Shown here: piece after piece, positions 9,901 to 17,498 of the stretch
How the letters are laid out: each line of letters opens with the position of its first letter
Position numbering within the stretch: position 1 is the first letter of the stretch
From: a virus
IMG/VR virus record: IMGVR_UViG_3300009506_000003
Span: 32,001-96,000 of that record
DNA length: 64,000 nt
Reading direction: 5' to 3' (one strand)
Translations under genes and position numbers: made by a program
Notes under the pieces: generated by a model
The model's input: the letters and a program-made list of their open reading frames with translations, nothing else
Told to the model about the DNA's origin: nothing
The model's database searches: none

Positions 9901-10779
9901 GAAGGTTCCGCCCACTCCGGCGTCGACGTTGGCGTAGGACGTTCCGAAGTAGACATCGTAGCTGGATACAGGAGAGCCTCCAGATGGAGGATCCCACTCG
10001 AGCTGTTGTGTCTCCGGCCTCCCAGTGGCTCCATTGAGCGGATCAACGATCACCGCCTGATTGGGAGGCGGTGTAGGCATGAGAGAGACGATAGCTCCTG
10101 TGACGAAGTCGATGATGGTGCCAAAGCCCGTTATGTCGGAGTACGTGCTCCTTCCAGGGACGATGCTGGCGTCAATGCGGTCTCCGACTATGAGGCGCTG
10201 CTGGTCATTGTGAACCTGCCCACCACCTGTGTAGTTGAAGTACCTCTTGCCGACGAGGCTGAAGCTGTTGCCCGGATCTGTTGCGGAGCTCCAGGCATCC
10301 GTGCCGTCGTTGTGGGCCATAGCCGCGACGTACAGCTCTCCAGCCATAGATGGAGTGCCCGCTGTACCCGACACAACCGTGGCGGGGTTAGACCCAGGGT
10401 TGCCTACATAGCTGGCAGTCAGATCGGCTCCTCCTGCCGCCCAGACGCCTGAGTACTGAGCGAAGCATGCTGCTAAAGGAGCTCCGACGTCTTTGTAGAG
10501 GTACGCCGAAGAAGACACCCCTGGTCCAACAACCTCACCAATCCAAATCTCTACGGTTGGCTTTCTCTCCCCAGATCCGGCATAGGGGTTGTTGACCTCA
10601 ATGAGCTTCGACCAGTTGACCCCGGTCTGACTGATGCTGGAGAGGCCACAGTTGTGCCAGCTCGTGATGCACGTGATGATGGTCCGACCCACTACTGGCG
10701 TGAAGCCCATGCCCACAAACCAGGAGGTGGCCGTGGAGTTGTGGGCCGCGTTCGTCTGATGTGTCCGAACTATTGCCAC
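6952..10779 (-). CDS. Large virion protein with two FN3-like repeats and lectin-like beta domains
   Basis: 1275 aa; duplicated QQLEW...Y.VYFG...FKG.Q...TYDPGTL...YWR...WSF unit; SD AGGAGG before GTG. Confidence 0.65.
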   Translation of the reverse strand: MAIVRTHQTNAAHNSTATSWFVGMGFTPVVGRTIITCITSWHNCGLSSISQTGVNWSKLIEVNNPYAGSGERKPTVEIWIGEVVGPGVSSSAYLYKDVGAPLAACFAQYSGVWAAGGADLTASYVGNPGSNPATVVSGTAGTPSMAGELYVAAMAHNDGTDAWSSATDPGNSFSLVGKRYFNYTGGGQVHNDQQRLIVGDRIDASIVPGRSTYSDITGFGTIIDFVTGAIVSLMPTPPPNQAVIVDPLNGATGRPETQQLEWDPPSGGSPVSSYDVYFGTSYANVDAGVGGTFKGNQAGTTYDPGTLSFGLTHYWRIDTVGEGGTTKGAIWSFTVLTPAAPDPPTIVDPPNGSTGIPSTQQLEWAAPVGGDPHIDGYNVYFGQVEADVLAGVGGTFKGFQTGLTYDPGTLSAGSLYYWRVETSGPGGEGSSVVWSFSVFSEAAIVTNIVPLHNSTAKVGSSLRCSLRDPDSEVDRGKVNVYLGNGPVFYLGDELPQDLDFPTMHFEALSGHPNNPAELELDGDYLKISKLAGGSNQEAVLRMGGLEAPANPDAPMMIEFTLKLNASEVAYSGILSGVQVGLYANDSGVVVKFIDDGGRTVALYDAGLTGPQVVVPSTAFDWDVGAALNPDGSNTFKLLWHPQLDLVKLYVKDEFADSDRLLIETTVSAFGSVPSWEIRTPQPWVIFGHGVETAATSVSRWKGVFLHNEVSRAVANGIPAGGHVSIIRTNNQIEYDGTESAPLDASSPWLPLPASFGTWGGYQRVCPLGLQLTRRQGAESIGYHRIEPRVTGPIVLDFWLSGSVVRQEEGAASTGIEVYISDGTNDVRFALLQDSAGTQYVGILTDSANPELLSSYEGGQQSFGTERQYRLIYQPGDRVKLYNIIETDEGLTEDLVVEVLAIDLPAAALPGPGIGFLHNANAVDAEAEMFVRRIRYSYLGQVTDWRDLVSATPSWAPSVGGTVVPGTDSQESNQGADASIEEAAGVVSVSGLTGMSAESVGNYLRILNGDHPGIYRISGYITGYEVTIENPSASGADSGNPEIEWEEIVDPTFAIISDVGLLNQRFDRELIGVLQSDSGWHVEWRSRVASYTVSEGSTRWTEGVNPIRAFTGVVVQIFDGTFLWSINFAEAGPPLGKIVALQHKKFDSTADGFKENLDAIRAGDEDVAGTYAQVDWTKFHLYRFEKTVGGKVVLRIDEDVILEIDEPGFEPTTSSTNARIRIGHVDSEVLSVSHWDLLKYGISDGFELDVRRVLDEEEALSQFDQAFNVIIEAEDV

Positions 10780-10809
10780 CTACCAGCCCTCCTGTGGTAG
10801 GGTTTGAGC

Positions 10810-11196
10810 ATGTTCAAACCCATGGACCAAGAGCTCTGCCGCGCGCTCATTGAGGGGCAACCAGATCTCCTGTCCGAAGAGGCCAAGGCAGAGGAAGAGC
10901 TCTACCAAAACCTCTCCTGCCCAATGTGCAACGCCGGCGGGTGCGAGAAGAGAATAGAAGCCCCTCGGGTGCTGCCCGGACCAAATGGAGAGCCCGTCAT
11001 CGTGGCTTCCCCGTTCGTTGAGGGAAGGAATCTTCCCCAGGGCTATGCTCACTGCACTCATTGTGGCACCGATTTCAATCCTCGTTCTGGAGTCATCCGT
11101 AAAACGGAGGCCTCCCAAATCCTCCCTGTCGACGCAGCCGACACGGACCCTGCCTCTACGATTGTTTTTGCACAATCAATCCCTCGCCCAAAGTAG
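10810..11196 (+). CDS. Zinc-ribbon protein (CPMC...CTHC), antisense within the structural module
   Basis: Two CxxC motifs; fills the gap between two minus-strand genes; TAGGGT -10-like hexamer 6 nt before the ATG at 10810. Confidence 0.7.
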   Translation: MFKPMDQELCRALIEGQPDLLSEEAKAEEELYQNLSCPMCNAGGCEKRIEAPRVLPGPNGEPVIVASPFVEGRNLPQGYAHCTHCGTDFNPRSGVIRKTEASQILPVDAADTDPASTIVFAQSIPRPK

Positions 11197-14100
11197 CGAA
11201 AAAGGCAGAAATCCTGCCGGTTCCGTTATACGGCACTTCAAGTGTGCCGCCTAGCCTGTTTTCGGTCCGATTCACCACCAGGTTCCTGTCGATGTCGTGC
11301 GTGATGACTGCGATGGTGATGGGGTGCTCGATAGAGGTCGCGTCACGACGCGCGATGAACGCCTCCAAATCTGACACCTCGAGCTCGCCTTCGGCTCCCA
11401 GGTTGTTGATGTAGTTCTCGATGAGCGGCCCCACGTCGGACTCCGAAGGACCTCCTCGATAGAGTAGCTGTGTGAACACGTAGGACGGCAAGAAGTGCCT
11501 GCCCAGCGGGTTCGCGTTGATGGGGCGCTCCTGGTCAGACCGGAGTAGATCGTGGACCAGCTTGGCCGTGGTTGAGGTCTCGTAGACCACCTTGAGGTTG
11601 CGACCACTGACTTCGGTCATGTTCTCTGGGCTGTCACTGTTGCCGACTGGCAAGAACCTCCGGTCGAAGCTGAGCGACACGCGCTCGAACGGAGAGAACG
11701 TCAGGTTGTTGTTGTCCACGACGTATGTGTAGCCGTCGACATCCAACCCCGACTTCACCACCAGGCGGGTGAGCCTCCCCAAGTTGAACTCATCTCCCGA
11801 CCCGAGAGACTCCACGTTGATGTCGACGTAGTAGAATGACCCGTCGAAGTTGTCTTCCATCTCCGTCGAGCTCACACGGAAGACCCCTGGACGCAGGATG
11901 CGGAAGGGGGCCATGTCTCCAGGGTTCAGCAGGCCGTTGTCACTTTCGAACGGGCCTACCGTAAGCATCGTTCTGGACCCGTGCAGCCCTCCCCATATCT
12001 TGTAGGGGTGGTTGGACCCTGTAGCAGGGAAACGGTTCTGCGAGTTGTTCACGATGGTGACCACGTTCGCGGCCACGCTCGCGATAGGGTACACGCCGGC
12101 AGACGGGCCTGCAGCGATCTCAACCTGGTCTCCGGGTTGCACCCCCAGAGAGAGGAAGTTCACCGTGAGGTCTTGGAGCTGCGTGAAGCTGATGATTCCA
12201 CCCACGCCGGCAAGATCGATGTCCTCCCTACGGGTAGCCACTTCTGTGACAGCAGCCTGCTTCGGGACGGTCTTGTAGATCTTGAAAGCGTGACCAACGT
12301 TCTCTTCACCCACCGTGTTGATCCACGAGAACAGGCCAGTGCCGAAGGGGATGATGTCCCCGCCCACATAGTCCACCTGCTCGTAGGTGCCGGGGTCCAT
12401 GTCGATCTCGACTTGGTTTGCTGCCGGCGTCGACTTGATCTCGTAGGTGCCATCGATGTCACCGCGAGTCGACTCGAAGATGGTGATGTAGTTGCCTATC
12501 TGAGTGCCAGGGTTGTCCGTGGCATCTTCCAGCGTGACGGAAGATGTCCCTGGAGTCAGGGTCGCATCTCGCAAAGGAGTGGCGAGCTCCTGATGGATGA
12601 TCGACTCCGTGCTCCCAGTCATCAGCGCGTTCAGCCGAAGAGTGTTTGGGCCAATGACCTCCTCGATGACGTACTCTCCCTCGTCCGGACCCTCATCGAT
12701 GTAGAGAAGCTGACCCGCAAGAGGAAACGCCTCATCCATTGCTTCAAAGTCGATGAGAGAGTTCGAAGGAACTGACACTCGGTTGGACCCAGCCACTGTT
12801 CTCAGCCCAGCGGGCTTGCCGTAGATGCCAATGCTCTCGAAAGTTTCCCCGGTTGTGCGCCGGAAGGGGAGCTGTTCATTCACCTCGAGGAGGTCTCCAG
12901 GTTGAATCTCCAGCTCATACACGCCAGGACCAGTGGGATCCGTGAGCTCAATGATGGACTCGTACTCCCCTGCCACTGCTCCGGGTTTGCTCCGTGCCAA
13001 ACGTATGTCCCTACTCCTGCTTGAGGACTCACCAGCAGACGGGAAGATCGAGTACCCGTCCACCTCAGAGAAGTGGTACTCCTTCGGGGTACCAGATTCC
13101 TCCTCGTTGAGTCTCCCACCCTGCAACCCGGTGGCCACCGTGACAGTGGTGGGCTCCTGGAAGTAGAGCCGAGCCACGCCAGAAGAAGGCAGACCAACAG
13201 AGTAGTGAACCGCCGAGGCGAGCTCGGTGAAGTGGGTACCTCCGTTGTTCTCGGTAGCAACCTCGATGTAGTGGTTGGATGGGAGACCATCCCCCGTACC
13301 CACTCTGGTGACAGTGTATCGACCAGCGTTGTCGGTGTTGAAAATGTTGAGTCTGAATCCTGGAACAACTCCCTCTGACAAGAAGTTCACGTTGTCGTCG
13401 AACAGCCGGATGTAGTACCCGCCTGTTCCAACCTGCGTCTCCCCCGTGAAGCTCTCTTGTTGAGACCCTTCTGCTCTGTTGGAGAAGACTCCCAGCGCGC
13501 GGGCGTCGATATTGTCCCCGTAGGGGATCTTGATTCCGGTCGGTTGAGAGCTGGAGTCGAGAAGCTCGATCTCCTTCACCCGCACCATCGGGCGCTCCAC
13601 GCCAGAGAACGCACGGTACACCGTGAAATCCAGCGAAGTGGCAGTGTTCAAGGGAGGATTGTCGAGCGTCACGGAAGTACCAGACACTGCCACGATAGTG
13701 AACTGACCTGCATCGTCTCCTTCCAGGATCTCAAGGGTGTCACCAGCCTCGACTCCTGCGAGCAGGAAGTTTGTGGACCCGCTGACGGACACAAACTCGA
13801 GGCCTGCCACAGTGGAAAGATCGTCGCCGGCGAAGATAGAACCCAGAGGGATCTTGACTACCCGAGGGGTCACCAGGTCGACGTCGAGCTCGTCTGCGAT
13901 GCGGTATCGAAGGCCGCTTCCATCCCCCAAACCTGAAGGAGAGTGGGTCTTGGTCAAGTCTCGATCCAAAACGAGAGTGTCACCTGTGTCCAACCAATCC
14001 AGAATCCTACGGATGGTGTAGATGCCCGCGTCGTCTCCTGTCTCGATGACAACAGAGTCTCCAACGCTGGCTCCCTTGACTCTGAGGTCGGCCCCGGATT

Positions 14101-16390
14101 TGAAGCCTGCTGCTATAACTCGGCTCCCGTCCCGATCTCGTATTCTGTCCTTGATCGAGGTCTTCTCCACGATCCGGAAGTCCGTATCGAAGCTGGTTGG
14201 GTTGCTGCCCAACACGTAGGCGACGAGCGGATTCTCCTGGTTCGTCAAGTCAACCTTGACCCGAGTGACGGGTATAGGGATGGCAGCCCCTGCTCCGGTG
14301 TAGTACTCCTCCCCGAGAATCTCCAAGATCTCGAGAAGACCCTGGCTTCCTCCTCCACTAGGAAGGATTTGGATGAACCGTCCTACATCTTCGTCCGTGG
14401 GCACCCACGGTGCGAACAGAGTGTAGATCGTGTAGACCAGTCCGGTACCGCCAACAAATGAAGCGGCGATCTTCAGCTCGGTCTCAGACACGACGTCGAG
14501 GATCTCATAGAGGCCTTCATCCCCTGCCGCGGGATTGATCAGTAAGGTCATTCCAGGATGCACGCCATCCGTCTCGAACGTGGCGTCCAAGTCGGTGAAC
14601 GTCCCAGTGCCGGCAGAGGTCACTCCATCATTCTGGTCTCCTGACAAAGCCAGAAGATCACCCTCTATTTTCTTGACCAGGATGTGGTCTGTGACGGCTC
14701 CACCAAACCTGTCAACACCAGGCCGGCAGGCTTCGAGCGTCACAGCTTCAGTGACCTGAACGAACTCGTCCTCTCGTTCCCCAAAGGATTCGAGGTCTAC
14801 TCCGAAATGCAGAGGCTCAGCGTCCAACACACCTTCGAGCACCGTATCCCGCTCGATGGGAGGTCCCGCGCGGACGAAGACATCCACGGTACCGCCCAAG
14901 TGAACCTCACTTGAGTCGACTGTGATCGTGCCCGCCGAAGTGGTGGGCTGAAGGATACCTCCAGGAATGTCCGAGATCGTGATACCGGACACCGGGTTTG
15001 ACAACAAGAAGGTCTTGCTCACAAGAGAGCCGGAGATCTTTGGCTCGACCTCGATCCACTGGGTCCCCGTTCGAGTAATGATGTGCTCCGAAACAGTTCC
15101 GGTGCCCACATCAGCGTAGAGCACCTTGTCCCCAATCTTGACTCCGGTCTCCGTGAAGGTGTTCTTCACCACCCCTGCCGCCGTCATGATGGCGTCGGTC
15201 AGGGCGGCCAGATCTATCTGAACACTGTCATTAAGAGGGTCGATGATTTGGTAGTCCAGATCTGACCCCAGAGTCGAGAACGTTCCAGAGACCAACAACT
15301 GGTAGTTGGCCACCGTCGTGATCGGATAGTCACCTGCGTCCGGCCCTTCTTTGACCCGAAGGATCATGGAGGTGGTGACACCATCGTCAGAAAATCGAGC
15401 CGTGGCGTCGTCGAAGATGTTGGTAGCCGGAGTCGTTGCTCCATGGGTCGTAGCTACCGAGAGGGGAAAGTTGCCCGTGCTCCCCAGGAAGAATGCGTAG
15501 GGGGCTGGGGTCTCAGTTTCACCCTTCAGGATGTCCCGGTTCATCTCTGGGTCGCCGTACCCGATGACCTGAATGAGTCGGATGCTCTCGAACACGTCCA
15601 GCATGCGAGCGGTAATGCCGCGCAGAGTGACCAGAGACTTCTCCGTCAGACTGTTCTCGACTCGCTCGATGAACTCCTCTGTGGTCTCTTTGTCATCCCC
15701 CTCGTCAAAGGGTGCTTTGTTGGTCACCTTGACCACGGAAGACATCTCTTCGATGCCTACCAGGGTGTTCGGATCGATGTTGTAGCTATCACCCTCCTCT
15801 TCTGCTCTGACAATGATGTCGAAGTAGTAGAGGTTGTTCTCCAGGTTGAAGAGCATGTTGTCGGCCGAGATGGCTTGGTTCTCGACCGGGAAGAACCGGT
15901 GACCAGCTCCGTCAAATACGGCGTTGTTGGGTGTAACGGAGGCACCTTGAGGAGCAGAGTAGTAGAGACGAGCGACTCCCACCGCAACCCCACCTTGTCG
16001 CCGGCGCACGAAGAAGTTGGCGCCCAGAGCGTCAGCTTCTCGCTCGTTCAGGATGGAAGGATCTTGAAGAGACTGGTTGTTTGAGACTTGCTGTATCTGC
16101 CGGCGGAACGCCTCGAGCAGAATCTGCATGATCTTGACGGCGTAGTCATCGATTGGCTCCCCGTCCTGCAAGACCATCTGCGGGAACTCGACTGCGAGCC
16201 TCCCAATGATGAACTCCCGAATGGGAGTGTTGTAGGGGTCCGGGCCAAGACGAGAAAGCAACGGCTTGATGACGTTGTTGTAGAAGGAGGACCCGCTGGT
16301 GGTGTCGACGGTGTAGTCAAAGATCTGCATCCTCTCCTGGATGAAGAGGGTCAGGTCTTCAGTCTCTGTGATTCCAGTCAAACTCGACAT
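11156..16390 (-). CDS. Baseplate J/gp47-like wedge protein with a large repeat insertion
   Basis: N-terminus DALGANFFVRRRQG..A.G..R...VRAEEEG..YNI...VTN..PF..G.DKET.EEF..R matches baseplate J architecture; 1744 aa. Confidence 0.8.
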   Translation of the reverse strand: MSSLTGITETEDLTLFIQERMQIFDYTVDTTSGSSFYNNVIKPLLSRLGPDPYNTPIREFIIGRLAVEFPQMVLQDGEPIDDYAVKIMQILLEAFRRQIQQVSNNQSLQDPSILNEREADALGANFFVRRRQGGVAVGVARLYYSAPQGASVTPNNAVFDGAGHRFFPVENQAISADNMLFNLENNLYYFDIIVRAEEEGDSYNIDPNTLVGIEEMSSVVKVTNKAPFDEGDDKETTEEFIERVENSLTEKSLVTLRGITARMLDVFESIRLIQVIGYGDPEMNRDILKGETETPAPYAFFLGSTGNFPLSVATTHGATTPATNIFDDATARFSDDGVTTSMILRVKEGPDAGDYPITTVANYQLLVSGTFSTLGSDLDYQIIDPLNDSVQIDLAALTDAIMTAAGVVKNTFTETGVKIGDKVLYADVGTGTVSEHIITRTGTQWIEVEPKISGSLVSKTFLLSNPVSGITISDIPGGILQPTTSAGTITVDSSEVHLGGTVDVFVRAGPPIERDTVLEGVLDAEPLHFGVDLESFGEREDEFVQVTEAVTLEACRPGVDRFGGAVTDHILVKKIEGDLLALSGDQNDGVTSAGTGTFTDLDATFETDGVHPGMTLLINPAAGDEGLYEILDVVSETELKIAASFVGGTGLVYTIYTLFAPWVPTDEDVGRFIQILPSGGGSQGLLEILEILGEEYYTGAGAAIPIPVTRVKVDLTNQENPLVAYVLGSNPTSFDTDFRIVEKTSIKDRIRDRDGSRVIAAGFKSGADLRVKGASVGDSVVIETGDDAGIYTIRRILDWLDTGDTLVLDRDLTKTHSPSGLGDGSGLRYRIADELDVDLVTPRVVKIPLGSIFAGDDLSTVAGLEFVSVSGSTNFLLAGVEAGDTLEILEGDDAGQFTIVAVSGTSVTLDNPPLNTATSLDFTVYRAFSGVERPMVRVKEIELLDSSSQPTGIKIPYGDNIDARALGVFSNRAEGSQQESFTGETQVGTGGYYIRLFDDNVNFLSEGVVPGFRLNIFNTDNAGRYTVTRVGTGDGLPSNHYIEVATENNGGTHFTELASAVHYSVGLPSSGVARLYFQEPTTVTVATGLQGGRLNEEESGTPKEYHFSEVDGYSIFPSAGESSSRSRDIRLARSKPGAVAGEYESIIELTDPTGPGVYELEIQPGDLLEVNEQLPFRRTTGETFESIGIYGKPAGLRTVAGSNRVSVPSNSLIDFEAMDEAFPLAGQLLYIDEGPDEGEYVIEEVIGPNTLRLNALMTGSTESIIHQELATPLRDATLTPGTSSVTLEDATDNPGTQIGNYITIFESTRGDIDGTYEIKSTPAANQVEIDMDPGTYEQVDYVGGDIIPFGTGLFSWINTVGEENVGHAFKIYKTVPKQAAVTEVATRREDIDLAGVGGIISFTQLQDLTVNFLSLGVQPGDQVEIAAGPSAGVYPIASVAANVVTIVNNSQNRFPATGSNHPYKIWGGLHGSRTMLTVGPFESDNGLLNPGDMAPFRILRPGVFRVSSTEMEDNFDGSFYYVDINVESLGSGDEFNLGRLTRLVVKSGLDVDGYTYVVDNNNLTFSPFERVSLSFDRRFLPVGNSDSPENMTEVSGRNLKVVYETSTTAKLVHDLLRSDQERPINANPLGRHFLPSYVFTQLLYRGGPSESDVGPLIENYINNLGAEGELEVSDLEAFIARRDATSIEHPITIAVITHDIDRNLVVNRTENRLGGTLEVPYNGTGRISAFFATLGEGLIVQKQS

Positions 16391-16398
16391 AGCTCACC

Positions 16399-17058
16399 TC
16401 ATAGCACCAAAGCCGATACGGCGTCTGCTCCCGCGAGACTCTGGATGAGCACCCGAGCTCGAGCCTGCATCTGCGCTTCAAAGATGTCCAGGTCCACCAA
16501 GCTGGCGCTCAAAAGGCGCTCGCTCAGAGGTAGTGCTGGAACGTTTATTTGGGCCGCCCGAATCTGCGCCGAGGTTGTATCTATTGCTCGGGTGATGGAC
16601 GCCACGACCGGCTGCATGTCCCTGCTCGTGGAGATTTGACCTACGATGTTTTGCAGCCCTCCACCGCGCTGGGGGTTGAAGATGTCGCTCTGGGGAGACT
16701 GAAGGATCCATTTCATGAAGAGCTGAACCAGCTTCAGGACTCCATCGACCTTCCTCGTCTTGTCTCCCAGGGAGAACTCTACCTTGGAAGACTCGATGGT
16801 GCGCGTGAACCGGCTGCTCAGCACCTCTATCGTAGACATGCGACTGGTGCCTTCGGGGAGCTGAGCCCAGATCGTGCTCTTGTTGACGATCATGAACTCA
16901 GGGGAGGGCACCTGGTTGATGAGAACCGTCTCAGCAGTAGAGAGGTCTTCACCCTTCACGATGATGGTGGGCGGACTGATGCCCTCCACAAATCCAGGGA
17001 TCCCCAACACCGGCAGGATGTCACGAAAACGGATGACTTGTAGCTGATACGACATCAC
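16399..17058 (-). CDS. Baseplate wedge gp25/W-like protein with N-terminal Ig-like segment
   Basis: KLVQLFMKWILQSPQSDIFNPQRGGGL resembles the gp25-like L.T..G....P..G motif; immediately upstream of the J-like gene. Confidence 0.65.
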   Translation of the reverse strand: MMSYQLQVIRFRDILPVLGIPGFVEGISPPTIIVKGEDLSTAETVLINQVPSPEFMIVNKSTIWAQLPEGTSRMSTIEVLSSRFTRTIESSKVEFSLGDKTRKVDGVLKLVQLFMKWILQSPQSDIFNPQRGGGLQNIVGQISTSRDMQPVVASITRAIDTTSAQIRAAQINVPALPLSERLLSASLVDLDIFEAQMQARARVLIQSLAGADAVSALVL

Positions 17059-17498
17059 TTCTCCTCCGGTGCGGCAATGTCAGCTTTGTCAACGTATTCG
17101 TCCATCTCCGCTACCTCAAGAGGTTTCAGCGCCTTTATCTCCTCTATGACACCGTCCAGGGTGTTCACGATGGCCAGTACTCGGTCCAGCTTCGTAGGCC
17201 GCTGAGTGTCCACCCCACTAGGGAGCGTAGCCCTTTTGATAGGCTCTTTGCCCGCCTCCTCGTCCTGCTCTGGGTTGTAGGAGTACGGGTCAAACTTGGC
17301 CTTGTTGGACCGCTCGCTTTCCCCGTTGCGTTCAATCTGGTCCCCCATCAACTGCTCGAGCGTGACGGTGGCCATGGCGGCGTTGGCTTCCGCGCTCCGG
17401 ATGAACGAGAAAGCGTCTGCCACGGCGGCCCGCAATCGCTTCCCTGGAGTCGGCTCCAGGTTCTCGTCAGCGGTTATTTGGAGGTCGTCTTCACTCAT
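17055..17498 (-). CDS. Hypothetical protein
   Basis: 147 aa, 4-nt overlaps with both neighbours. Confidence 0.7.
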   Translation of the reverse strand: MSEDDLQITADENLEPTPGKRLRAAVADAFSFIRSAEANAAMATVTLEQLMGDQIERNGESERSNKAKFDPYSYNPEQDEEAGKEPIKRATLPSGVDTQRPTKLDRVLAIVNTLDGVIEEIKALKPLEVAEMDEYVDKADIAAPEEK

